Positions 18,651-29,190 of a DNA stretch of 64,000 nt are shown here, piece by piece. Position 1 is the first letter of the stretch. The number at the start of each line of letters is the position of its first letter. The DNA is from an uncultured Thermoprotei archaeon (GTDB lineage Archaea > Thermoproteota > Thermoprotei > Thermofilales > B15-G2). Location: positions 1 to 64,000 of the forward strand of contig CBDUKN010000012.1 in NCBI GenBank assembly GCA_965367815.1, given 5' to 3'. The notes beneath the pieces are model-generated. The model was not told the DNA's origin and did no database searches. It saw only the letters and a program-made list of their open reading frames with translations. The translations under genes were made by a program, and so were the position numbers.

Positions 18651-21600
18651 ATGAAGTATCTCAGAGTAATCAGTATTATTGTTTTTCTACTAGCTTTAAA
18701 TTTTATCTTAGTAAGAATAAATGTTGTTACTGCTTCTGAAAATAATTCATACAGTTTCTACTTCAGGTATATCGTATCAAATATTAATTTAAATAATTTG
18801 AATAAGCATCTGTCTTGCATTATGTCTGCTGTAGACCGCTATGCTGGTTATTCTGGCTGCTATGAGACAGCATCCTATATTTGTAGCTATCTTAAGTCTT
18901 TAGGTCTTAAGACATGGATTCAAAACTACACTGCTATAGTTCCCTACGACAGTAATTCTACTTTAGTTGTCGTCGAGCCTCGTAGAGAAGTTTTCAGAGT
19001 ATATGTCTTCGCGCCGAATTTGGTGTATACTTGTAGAGAGAGAATTCGCGGAGAGCTAGTTTACTTGAATAGAAGTTTTCTTGAAACAACACGTATAGGT
19101 AATATTAAGGGTAAGATAGTTTTAGTTGATCTCGACTGCGGCTACGACTGGATTTACTTAAAGTTTCTTGGAGTAAAGGCAATAGTTTTTATTGAAAAGA
19201 GGGTGAGTGCTGAGGAATGGTTAAGTAAGGTAGTTTGTGCTCCGCTTAAAGTACCGAGAGTGCTTATTAAGGAGAGTGATGCTGAAAAGCTTCTTAGTTT
19301 ACTTAAAGAAGGTAGAGTTACTGTAGAGCTTTTCTTGAATATGGAGTGGAGAGAAGTAGTGTTACAAAATGTTTTTGCTCTTATTCCAGGCTCTGTTGAC
19401 GAGAAAAATACTGTAGTTGTTTCAGTGCAGTACGATGCTTGCTCAGTTGTACCTTCTATTTCGCCGGGAGCTAGCAGTGCTTTAAGTACTGCGGCTCTCC
19501 TTGAGTTTGCGCGAATACTTAAGGGAAATAGACCCGCAAGAACTGTTTTGCTGGCTTTCTTCTCGGGCTCTGCTTTAAGTATGCTTGGTGCGCGAACTTG
19601 GTTCTATTCGCCGGAGTTTAATGCTCTGCTTGAGGAAGGATATAGGCCTAGAGTAGCTTTTGTTCTAGATTTATCGGGAGAATCTAGCCAGATACGTGTA
19701 CTTATTCAAGGCCTTCTTTATGGTACATACGATTTACATAGATCTCCTTTGCTTAAAGCTTTTGATAGTCTATTAAACTATATAGCTACTATAGGAAACT
19801 ATGACAAGTATACGAAGAAATACACTGTACTCGGTAAAAAATACTCTGTGGTTATAGCTCCATCATACTACTATGCAAAACAGAAAAATATTATTTTGAA
19901 ATATGCTTCTTGCCGCCATTTAGGCGAAGTATTTAATATCGAAGGAATACCTGCTTTGACGTTTTATTCACCTAAAAGCAGCTATGGTACTCCATTAGAT
20001 GTTTTAGGCAAAATTGATTTAACTAAAGTGAGGCCTCAACTTGAAGTATCATTTTACATAATCTTCTCTCTTGTAAATGATTTAAGTGAAAAATCTTCGA
20101 GAGTATTTAGTCATACAGTTTTCTCACGATGGTGTATGTCTACAGTTAAAGGTAAAATTCAGCCTCACATCAACAGCTCATCGACTCTAATCATCGTGAC
20201 AGATTACTTAAACAACCTTTTCGTATACAAAGTAAGTAAAGAAGGATTTTTTGAAATCTATGGCCTGAGATCGTCTTCATGGGGTGTAGGTTTTCATGTA
20301 TACAGACTTTATGCCTTCACTTTAAATTCCAGTAAGATAATCTATGCTTCCAAGGAAATACGAATAAGACTTCCCTTGGAAGTTTATTTAGGGAAAAGAG
20401 AAATTATATTAGAGTTAGTGCCCTGCAGCACACTCATAATAGAAGAGCCAGTACTTGATTTCCATACTTTTCGGGCTATTCAACTAGGTATAGAAATTTT
20501 TGAAAAAAGTAAAAATAAAATGGTAGATGCTCTAAATCTTTTTGAAGTATTTACAGGAAACAAATATACTCAAGTAGCTATTCTAATACTGCCTAGCAAT
20601 ACTTGCTTTGATATAGTGCTCAGAGATAAAATAACCAAAAAGCCTCTCGCTTTAGTTCCTAACATTATTTTAAGGACAGGAGAAGAAAAAAGTATTCCAA
20701 TATACCGGCTAGCAGAAGAAATTATTAAAGCAGCTAATAGTCTACTAAAGCCTTTAGCAGAAGACCCTACTCTATCCGGCTCACTGGGTTCCTCAAAAGA
20801 ATATTTTGAAAAAGCCTTAAAGGAACATGAAAAATACTCTAAGTATTTAAATGAAAAAACTTATAGCGAATATGTTTTTATAGCTTATCGTTCCCTTTAC
20901 TATGCTATAAAATCATATTATACTTTAGAAGAAGTATATATGAGTATTAGCAACATGAATATTGTTTTAGTATGTATTTTACTGCCGTTTTCTATAGTAC
21001 TATGCGAATTATTGTTTGAAGTACGAGGAACCAGAAAAATGCTGTATGTTCTAATTATTTCTGCTTCTACTGCAGCTGCTCTAATAGTACTTCATCCTGG
21101 CTTTAGAATACACTCCAATTTAGTACTATTGTTTGCTTCTTCGCTATCTTTATTTACTTCAATTTTATCTCTCTTATACTTAGTTTTTGAGAACTATAGT
21201 ACTTTAATTAAAATAAGAGAAAAACTTGCTGGTAAACACTTTATTGAAACAGCCTATAAAGGGATCTTCTTTGCATCATTCAGTCTTAGTGTAAGAAATA
21301 TGAAGAAGAGGCCTTTGAGAACAGCTCTTACTGCTTTAACAGTAGTTTTGCTAGTATCTTCAATTACATTAATTATTTCGTGGAGATTTCGCGATATTGT
21401 AGTATTTAAAAAGATAGAAGCACCTTCTCCGCTTTATGCGGGCTTTTTGGTGAAAGAGCCTATGATAGATGCCTTTGAAGGTATAAGAGCATACCCTATT
21501 CCTTCGCCTTTAGCTGAGTATATTGAGTGCGTTTTAGGCAATAGAGCTAGAATATATCCTAGGGCTAGAATAGGGGGCTCTGTAGTATTTTTGGCTAAAA

Positions 21601-22883
21601 GCACGGGTAGAAAGATTGATGTTCTTGGAGGAGTTATAGGGCTTAAAAGCGACGATCCTATTTTACAGAACCTTTTCGTGGGTATGCTTCCTGAAGGATC
21701 TCACACGGTGTTCATTTCAAGATCTCTACAGGAAGCACTAAAGGTAAGTATTGGAGATGTAGTTACTATTAATGGTGAAGATTTTGTTGTCATAGGAGTT
21801 TTCTCTGATGATGCATTTGCCCGACTATATGATATTGATGGCTACTTACTTACACCAGTTTTCATTACTCGGTCGGGTATCATTCAGGAAAAAAGTTTTG
21901 TCGCAATAGTACCCTACGATACTTTATTGAAGCTAGGGGGAGGCATTTCCTCTATTCTTGTAGTACCGGAGAGAAGTGAAGAAGAGTTAATGGAAGATGT
22001 TATGGAAATTTCTCAGCAAATAAGTGGACTTTACCATATTTACTACAGTGACGGTGAAGAATGCTGGGAGCTAATTCCTATTAAAGGCTACGAGCTTCAG
22101 GGACTTGAAAATATTTTAGTGCCTTTAATAATTTCATGCTTAGTTTTATCAAACACTATACTTGGGTCAACCTTTGAGAGAAGAAGAGAGTACACAATAT
22201 GTTCTTCCTTGGGGCTTTCGCCTAGCGGAGTTGCTTTTATGGCTTTAAGCGAAGGCTTAGTGTACTCAGTAGTAGGAGTTATGTTAGGCTACATTACGGC
22301 GGCATGCGTTAGCCTAGTTGCGAGAATCTTCGGGTACAGTCTTCCACTAGACGTTTCTTCACCCTATCTTCCTCTAGCCATAATTTTCTCTATTGCTGCT
22401 ACACTGGCTTCAAGCGTCTATCCCGCTCTCTCGGTCTTCAAGACTATTACGCCTTCACTTAAAAGAAAATGGGAGATAACAACTAAGCCTCTCGGCAATG
22501 AGTGGTATATTCCATTACCTTTCAGAGTAGGTAGTAGAGAAGAGTGTTTAGGAGTACTCAATTATTTAGCTGAGTACTTCGAGAAAGTTTATACAAGAGA
22601 CTTTATTGTCGTAGAGAAACCAGTACTGAAAACTAAAGACAGTTCATTAGTATTGGCTTTAACTATACAGCTAGCTCCCTACGACGCAGGAATATCAGAG
22701 TACGTTGAAGTAATAGGTAGACAGGAGAAAGACAAAATAGTTTTCGGAGTACTATCCGTACTCAAAACAGGTAAACGCTACATATGGGTAAGCTCCCATA
22801 AGAGGTTTATAGACCACTTAAGAAAACAACTATTACTTTGGCGTACATTAAAGCCTAAAGAGAGATTAAAGTATATGAAATAG
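18651..22883 (+). CDS. Signal peptide + PA/M28-like (probably inactive) domain + MacB/FtsX-type permease, 1410 aa
   Basis: DRYAGYSGC, KGKIVLV, VQYDAC, AALLEFAR, RNMKKRPLRTALT, ERRREYTICSSLGLSP, TPSLKRKW, RKQLLLWR. Confidence 0.9.
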   Translation: MKYLRVISIIVFLLALNFILVRINVVTASENNSYSFYFRYIVSNINLNNLNKHLSCIMSAVDRYAGYSGCYETASYICSYLKSLGLKTWIQNYTAIVPYDSNSTLVVVEPRREVFRVYVFAPNLVYTCRERIRGELVYLNRSFLETTRIGNIKGKIVLVDLDCGYDWIYLKFLGVKAIVFIEKRVSAEEWLSKVVCAPLKVPRVLIKESDAEKLLSLLKEGRVTVELFLNMEWREVVLQNVFALIPGSVDEKNTVVVSVQYDACSVVPSISPGASSALSTAALLEFARILKGNRPARTVLLAFFSGSALSMLGARTWFYSPEFNALLEEGYRPRVAFVLDLSGESSQIRVLIQGLLYGTYDLHRSPLLKAFDSLLNYIATIGNYDKYTKKYTVLGKKYSVVIAPSYYYAKQKNIILKYASCRHLGEVFNIEGIPALTFYSPKSSYGTPLDVLGKIDLTKVRPQLEVSFYIIFSLVNDLSEKSSRVFSHTVFSRWCMSTVKGKIQPHINSSSTLIIVTDYLNNLFVYKVSKEGFFEIYGLRSSSWGVGFHVYRLYAFTLNSSKIIYASKEIRIRLPLEVYLGKREIILELVPCSTLIIEEPVLDFHTFRAIQLGIEIFEKSKNKMVDALNLFEVFTGNKYTQVAILILPSNTCFDIVLRDKITKKPLALVPNIILRTGEEKSIPIYRLAEEIIKAANSLLKPLAEDPTLSGSLGSSKEYFEKALKEHEKYSKYLNEKTYSEYVFIAYRSLYYAIKSYYTLEEVYMSISNMNIVLVCILLPFSIVLCELLFEVRGTRKMLYVLIISASTAAALIVLHPGFRIHSNLVLLFASSLSLFTSILSLLYLVFENYSTLIKIREKLAGKHFIETAYKGIFFASFSLSVRNMKKRPLRTALTALTVVLLVSSITLIISWRFRDIVVFKKIEAPSPLYAGFLVKEPMIDAFEGIRAYPIPSPLAEYIECVLGNRARIYPRARIGGSVVFLAKSTGRKIDVLGGVIGLKSDDPILQNLFVGMLPEGSHTVFISRSLQEALKVSIGDVVTINGEDFVVIGVFSDDAFARLYDIDGYLLTPVFITRSGIIQEKSFVAIVPYDTLLKLGGGISSILVVPERSEEELMEDVMEISQQISGLYHIYYSDGEECWELIPIKGYELQGLENILVPLIISCLVLSNTILGSTFERRREYTICSSLGLSPSGVAFMALSEGLVYSVVGVMLGYITAACVSLVARIFGYSLPLDVSSPYLPLAIIFSIAATLASSVYPALSVFKTITPSLKRKWEITTKPLGNEWYIPLPFRVGSREECLGVLNYLAEYFEKVYTRDFIVVEKPVLKTKDSSLVLALTIQLAPYDAGISEYVEVIGRQEKDKIVFGVLSVLKTGKRYIWVSSHKRFIDHLRKQLLLWRTLKPKERLKYMK

Positions 22884-22906
22884 TCTTTAAGACAATGCTT
22901 TAGAGA

Positions 22907-25819
22907 TTATTTTAAGCTTCCAGAACATATTTCTAGACATGTTTTTCTTATATCGTCTATTAAGTGGTAGAGTTCTTCTTTATATTTGTAGGTTTTTGCG
23001 AGAGACTTTACTTTAAGCTTTAAAGTATAATAGTCTCTGTCGAGTTTTTTCTCGAAAATAAAGTCTACTTGAACTACTTGTGCGAAAAGTACTCCACTAG
23101 TAAAGCTTATTTTATAAGATATTTTCTTGACTACACTGTCTGTGGTTTTTTCTTCACTAATTTTCTCTTCTTCTATTCTAGTTAAACCATAGTAAGAGTA
23201 CTTAGACTTTATTTTACTGCATATACTCGATATGATTATATTTGCTTTACTTACAGGTATTTTGAAAGGCAGAGTCTCTTCGTAGACACCTTTCTTGAAC
23301 TTTAGTTTCCATTTTCTCATAAAGCTTGGGACTACTTTTAGTGAAGCTCTGCGAGCCGGAATAGTGGTTGAAGCTAGGCACACAGCTATTACTGTAGTTA
23401 GTGCTGTAACAGACCACACTGGAATAATGTTTACTGAGTAACTTGAGTAAACTGTTTTGAGAATAAGTACTGTTAATACGCTAGCTATGTAGCCTAAGCC
23501 TCCTCCACTAAAAGCTAGAATAATGGACTGTGTTAAGAAAATTAAGGCTACTTAGAGGGGATTTATTCCGATGGCAGTATATATTTCTATTTCACGAGAC
23601 CTATCATAGACTTCAGCTAGCATTAAGTTGATTACTATTAGAGATCCTATAGCCAGCAGTATTAGTGTTTCAGCACCCTTAATATTAAAGGAATGGCTTC
23701 TTGAAATAATGTATGCTTCGCCTCCAAGACAAACAAAAGGCACTACACGCGGAGGAAGCACTGGAAGAAGCCGTGAAGCTACTTCAAGAGCCTCTTCAGC
23801 ACTCTTAGTCACTATAATCACTTTATCAATATAGCATACGTCAAGTTTTTTCGCGAAGTTTTCATGGACAATAAGTACTCCCTCAGGGCTAGTAGCTCTT
23901 GAATCTACAGTAATTGTTCCACAGCTAAACTTATTCCATGGCCTAAGAATCATTCCATCAAGATCTTTTACCTGCGCATAAAGTCTCTCATCAAAAATAC
24001 CGACTACTTTTAATTCATAGCCTTTAAACTTAATAACATCACCTACTTTAAGACCAAGTCTCTTAGCATAAGATAAACTAACTAGAACACCGTAAGTATC
24101 ATTGTCTCGCAGAAACCTACCCTTAACAACAATTTTAGGCAAAATAGTCAGCTTTTCTTCAAGAGAAGGCACAATACCTAAAACACCTCTAACCTTAACA
24201 CAGCGACTACCCCTACACAGTAGACACAAGTACCCTTCCCAGTCCCTTACACGGTCTATGTAGCAGTAAGCACTAGGCTTAAGGCTCATAACTCTATAGA
24301 CTACAGTATAGTTTCTCGCAACAAACTCCACTGCCTTAAACACAACGATTTTCTCATAGTCCTTTAAGTACCTCAAGTGAAGAACAACACCCGTCGAAAC
24401 AGCATTAGTATCAAAGCCTACAAGACTCCTGAAATTAAATACTACCACTGAAATAGAAGAAAACAATACTAAAGAAAACACCATAGCAGCAACACTAAAC
24501 AAAAACAGCGTAGATCTAAACCTCCTCCTACGAATATTCCTTAAACTAACCTCAAAAGCAAGTACTGCAAGCCTTCCTTCAAGTCGAGAAGAGATCTTGA
24601 ATAAAAGAATTGAAACAATGAGTGCTAAGCTTAAGGAAATAATAAGGAATTCTTGAAATGATACTTTAGGAAGAACTTGAGTCTTAAATCCAGGATGAGT
24701 TAAATGAAGTAAAAACATGATCGCTGTAAAACAGCTTATAGAAACAATAGTTCTTAATGCATGATTCTTACTACTTAAAATAAAACCTGATACAATTAGA
24801 CAGAAAATCATAATAATTATTGTTACAATGACATTAGTTACAGGTAAGCTCTCTATATAGAGCATTAAAATATATTTAACACTGTTTAAATCATTTAATA
24901 TAACGTTATATTTAAATGACAGCTCATTATAGTCTCTAAACAATAGGTACTCATATAGTTTACTGAGCAAGTGACTACACTTATCTAAAGTAACATTAAC
25001 TTCGCTTAGGACAATGCCTTCGTAAAAACCTTTGTTTAATAAACTCTTATATTCTGCTATTTCAAGTTGTTTTAAATAAATTAAATTTTTATAAAATTCA
25101 TATTTCTCCTCAAAAACAATACCTTTACCCATTTTTACGACATATCCTTTACCACAGTTAGTTAAAATAAAGTCCCCTACACGAATATAATACACTCCAA
25201 CAGCGTACATATTAAGCCATATAGGTTCTACTTCTCTCAGAGTTTTCGGATCAACAACATAAGGACTCTCAAGCCAACTAAAAATATGACCTACTCTCTT
25301 TAACACTAGTATTTTATATTTACTTTTATAAGATTCAATATATTCTGCAGAAAGCAAATCAATAAATGTTGTGTTCTTGAAGTCTTTAAAGGCAACAATA
25401 TATTTACCTTCTCTTGGAACACAGGCTATACCGCTACTATTAGTTAAAGAAAAAATAACTTCTCTAAATAGAGGACCAATACTGTAAAAATTAGTTGAAA
25501 AAACTACTGCACCACATATGGGTTTCTGTTGTTCATCTACAACTTTAACATAGATTTTTTCTCCAGGATACTCTCCAATACTATAGAAAATAAAATTTCT
25601 ATTTAAAACAGGTGTGTAAACATATTTTTTCCCTAAAACACTGATGGAAATATTTGCTTTTTTATATAGAAAGTCAGTACTAAAAATTATGCTGACTCTA
25701 TATGCTCCTTTATATCTGAAAATCTTAACAGTACTATTGGGTGCTATGCTGGGGTTAAGTTGGAGTGTGTGGCTGTTGGTTTTGTGAGATTTCGTGAACT
25801 GTATGATGAGAAAATTGAT
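22907..25819 (-). pseudogene. Third FtsX-type permease paralog with an in-frame TAA and no start codon at the 5' end of its frame
   Basis: Track ORFs 23552..25357 and 22907..23419 are one frame joined across TAA 23552-23554 (INPL*VALIFLTQSII...). The frame stays open to 25819 with no ATG/GTG/TTG upstream of 25357. Motifs RNIRRRRFRS, DLDG, DRSREIEIY. Confidence 0.75.
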
Positions 25820-25867
25820 TTAGCTGTAACTGTTGTTACTAAAAATTAGTTTAATCTAAGTAACAGA

Positions 25868-26299
25868 TTATTTCTGTAATAAAGGGCAATACACTTTTAA
25901 TCCTAGTGCTTTATTTATTTGTTTCTCTCTATACGCTATATCTTTATCAAAAGTTGCTATTGTATCTGTATTTAGTAGATATGCTGCTATTGTGTGAAGT
26001 AAGTCTAGAGTTTTAAGCTTTAGTTTATTTGCATATGATAGTGAATACTCATAGAGTATTTTCCAGTCTACATTTTTGACTAACACAGAGCTCTTCTTAA
26101 GAATGTAATTTACTAATGCTTCCAGCTCAATATCTGTTAAATCCATATTTCTTGAATACACTGAAAATAATTCTAATACTGCTATTTGAGAAACTACTTT
26201 GCTTATTGTATTTTCGATTATTTCTTTTGCTTTAATATGATTAGGATCTTTAGGGTTAATATATGCTATTAAAACATTAGTATCTATGTAAGTGCTCAC
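25868..26299 (-). CDS. vapC: VapC-type PIN domain toxin
   Basis: YIDTNVL, LKTLDLLH, TFDKD. Confidence 0.9.
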   Translation of the reverse strand: MSTYIDTNVLIAYINPKDPNHIKAKEIIENTISKVVSQIAVLELFSVYSRNMDLTDIELEALVNYILKKSSVLVKNVDWKILYEYSLSYANKLKLKTLDLLHTIAAYLLNTDTIATFDKDIAYREKQINKALGLKVYCPLLQK

Positions 26300-26541
26300 T
26301 CTCGATCCCTTATAGCGTCAAGTGATGTTGGTAGATCTGTGTAAGGTAAACCTTCTTTCATGAATTTTTCTACTAAATTTAATACTTTTTTCTTTTTCTC
26401 TACAAGTAGTAATGCTTTTTTATAGCCTAGTTCGAGTATTTTGTTGAAAGCTTGATTGCGGTTTTCGGCTAAACCTAGCTTAATCATGTCTTCTGCTAAC
26501 TTGTATATTTCTTCCCGCACTTTAATAGTGACTGTTTTCAT
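26296..26541 (-). CDS. vapB: VapB-type antitoxin
   Basis: 81 aa, MKTVTIKV RHH-like start, 4-nt overlap with the PIN gene. Confidence 0.75.
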   Translation of the reverse strand: MKTVTIKVREEIYKLAEDMIKLGLAENRNQAFNKILELGYKKALLLVEKKKKVLNLVEKFMKEGLPYTDLPTSLDAIRDRE

Positions 26542-26610
26542 ATGTGTACCTAGGTATATTACCGTGTACTCTGATATATATTTTTATTCTATTCAAGTCC
26601 TTAGAGTTTA

Positions 26611-27789
26611 TTAATGTGCTTTCTTTATTTTTAGTGCTCTGTTAGGACATATTGCTACACACAGTCCGCAGTTATCACATAGGTTGTAGTTTATTTCAGG
26701 TTTTCCTTTCTTTACTATTATTGCGCCGTAGAAACATCTTTCTGCACATATTCCGCAGCCCGAGCACTTGTTTTCGTCTACTTCTATTCTGTAAATTTTC
26801 TTTCTATTGAGTTCTTCTAGGCTCTTGATTTTGGGGAGTGCTTTTCCTTTGAAGTCTTCTATTTTCATGTAGCCTTTTTCTGTCATCCAGTCGGCGAGTT
26901 CTTTTAGTATTTGCTTTATTATACTGTAGGATTTAACTATGACTGCTGTGCATACTTGGAATGCCGATGCGCCTACTGCTATGAATGCTGCTGCGTCTTT
27001 TCCTGAGTGTATTCCGCCTGAACCTATTACTGTTAAGTCGGGTAGCTCTAGTGCTATGTGGGCTGTCCAGGCTAGGCTTATGGGTACTTGCCATGGGCCT
27101 CCGTAGCCTCCGAAGCTTTTCCACAGAATGGGTTCTAGTGAATTTAAGTCTAGTACTAGGCCCTGAAATCTCGCAGTAGATACTACTGCGTCTACTCTAG
27201 CAGAGTGCATTGTTTTGGCTAGTTCTAGGGGGTTGGCTCCTTGTGGCGTGAGTTTGCCTATTACGGGGATGCTGGCCGCCTTCTTCACTGTTTTGACTAT
27301 ATTGTATATGATGTCTGTTTTCTTGGCAGCCGCCTTACCCATGAACTCTTCTTTCTCTACGTGGGGGCAAGACAAGTTTAGTTCTATTGCGTCTGCTCCT
27401 GCTTCATCGACGAGTCTGGCTAGCTTCTCCCATTCTTCGAGGCTTCTTCCCGCGATGCTGGCTACGAGTAGTCTGTCTGGATACTTTTCTTTAACTTTCT
27501 TTATTTCATTAACCCATTTTTCTGGCTCGATCTCCGACATTAATTCAATGGAATAGAATGAAAAGTAGCCTCCTTTAATTGCGTTAAGCGGATATATTAC
27601 ATGCATTCTCGGCTTAGGCTGAGCTCTATGTATTTCGGCGTAAGTTATAGTCTTGGTGACTGCGCCTGCTGCTCCTGCTTCATAGCATTTGATTATGTGC
27701 TCGGCTGTCCTAGTAGGAGTACCTGAAGCCACTATTAATGGGTTTTCGAGTACAATACCAGCTATTTCTACGGAGAGATCTACTTTCAT
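26611..27789 (-). CDS. Dihydropyrimidine dehydrogenase PreA-like / DHODH-family flavoprotein with C-terminal 2x[4Fe-4S]
   Basis: NPLIVASG, AVTKT, ELNLSCPH, KLTP, GSGGI; CSGCGIC...C and CDNCGLC...CP. Confidence 0.85.
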   Translation of the reverse strand: MKVDLSVEIAGIVLENPLIVASGTPTRTAEHIIKCYEAGAAGAVTKTITYAEIHRAQPKPRMHVIYPLNAIKGGYFSFYSIELMSEIEPEKWVNEIKKVKEKYPDRLLVASIAGRSLEEWEKLARLVDEAGADAIELNLSCPHVEKEEFMGKAAAKKTDIIYNIVKTVKKAASIPVIGKLTPQGANPLELAKTMHSARVDAVVSTARFQGLVLDLNSLEPILWKSFGGYGGPWQVPISLAWTAHIALELPDLTVIGSGGIHSGKDAAAFIAVGASAFQVCTAVIVKSYSIIKQILKELADWMTEKGYMKIEDFKGKALPKIKSLEELNRKKIYRIEVDENKCSGCGICAERCFYGAIIVKKGKPEINYNLCDNCGLCVAICPNRALKIKKAH

Positions 27790-27799
27790 TGGAAACCCC

Positions 27800-28720
27800 T
27801 TAGAGCATGCCTAGGTCTTTGAGCGCTTTTCTTAATTTTTCTTTCTCTTCGCTAGATATAGGTCTGAGAGGAGGTCTTACGTAGGCTGTTTCGAGGACAC
27901 CCATCATGACGAGTGCTTCCTTTATTCTAGTCTTATAGTTTCTTACTGGAGGAGCAAAAATTACTTCTACTAGCGGTAGGAGCTCTTCCCATAATTCTTC
28001 TGCTTCTTCGTACTTTTTCTCTCCGACAAGCCTGAACATTTCTACCTGCTTGTCTACAGCTATAGTGCCGAATCCTAGTAGTCCTCCGTCTGCTCCAAGC
28101 ACAAGTGACTCGTAGATGAAGTTGTCGTTTCCCGTGAAAATGAAGATTTTTCTTTTGGCTTTCCTTAGAATGCGGACAGTGTCGATGAATTTTTTGGCGT
28201 CGAATGAAGCTTCTTTTATTGCTACTACTCCCTCTAATTCAGCGAGTTTCATTAAAGTTTCTTCGCCGAAAATAACTCCTCCTAGAGCTGGCTGAAGCTG
28301 GAAGGCGACTAGAGGTATTTGGGCTTTCTCGTATACTTCTCTGTAGTACTCGTAGACCACGTCTACATTGGGCTCGCCTATAAACGCTGAGTGAGGGAAC
28401 ACTAGAAGTGCGTTTGCTCCAGCGTTTTTGGCTTCAATGGCCCTTTTTACGGCGCTCATAGTGTTTATTGCCTGTAGTCCCGCGATAATGGGTACTCTGC
28501 CTTTAACAATGCTGGAGACTGTTTCGAGTATCTTTATTTTCTCTTCGGGAGTTAGGCTAGGGCCTTCGCCTGTATCAACGTTTACAGCGAGGCCTGCTAC
28601 ATCGTATTTTAGTATCCACTTAACATAGTTTTCGAGCTGATCTAAGTCTACTTCAAATCTGCTGTCCATTGGAGTGACTATAGCGGGAACTAATCCATAT
28701 TTCCTGAACATACTTATCAC
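27800..28720 (-). CDS. Dihydrodipicolinate synthase/class I aldolase family protein (divergent)
   Basis: PAIVTP, TGEGPSLT, AIKEAS Schiff-base Lys, VRPPL. Confidence 0.85.
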   Translation of the reverse strand: MISMFRKYGLVPAIVTPMDSRFEVDLDQLENYVKWILKYDVAGLAVNVDTGEGPSLTPEEKIKILETVSSIVKGRVPIIAGLQAINTMSAVKRAIEAKNAGANALLVFPHSAFIGEPNVDVVYEYYREVYEKAQIPLVAFQLQPALGGVIFGEETLMKLAELEGVVAIKEASFDAKKFIDTVRILRKAKRKIFIFTGNDNFIYESLVLGADGGLLGFGTIAVDKQVEMFRLVGEKKYEEAEELWEELLPLVEVIFAPPVRNYKTRIKEALVMMGVLETAYVRPPLRPISSEEKEKLRKALKDLGML

Positions 28721-28754
28721 TCAGAAAACTCGAACTATAGTATTGTTTAGAAAT

Positions 28755-29096
28755 TTAGTCGTAATACATGTCTTCTTCAGTGAAAGGCGGTATGCCTATT
28801 ATTAATGCCCGCATATTACCTACAGCACGGTGCCTACAACCAGGCTTTATTACTATAAGATCTCCTTCCTCTACATGTATTGTTTCACCATCAAGCTCCA
28901 TTTCGCCGCTACCTTTGACAATGAAATAAAACTCTGTAGTCTTCTTATGATAATGCCGTTTGGCCTCACTAATGTCTACTAGGTGTACTGAGGCAACTTC
29001 TCCTTCTTCATAGCCGAGAAGTTTTCTTCGATAACCACAACTACTTCTTTCTACAGGAATTTCACTAAACTTTTTCACAATATACTTTCTGTCCAC
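28755..29096 (-). CDS. Cupin domain protein
   Basis: HYHKKTTEFY...G; PGCRH. Confidence 0.85.
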   Translation of the reverse strand: MDRKYIVKKFSEIPVERSSCGYRRKLLGYEEGEVASVHLVDISEAKRHYHKKTTEFYFIVKGSGEMELDGETIHVEEGDLIVIKPGCRHRAVGNMRALIIGIPPFTEEDMYYD

Positions 29097-29190
29097 AAGT
29101 AAAATGCTCCTCGAATATATTTAACACTTCTTAATTAAGCTAGACAAGTGTATTATAGTCTTGTGAGTAAAATGCTTTAGGTGAAGTTTA

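Noticed and set aside
26611-28720. Calling these genes pyrD/preA and dapA
   Set aside because: The DapA-family motifs deviate and pathway partners are absent, so only family-level calls are supported.
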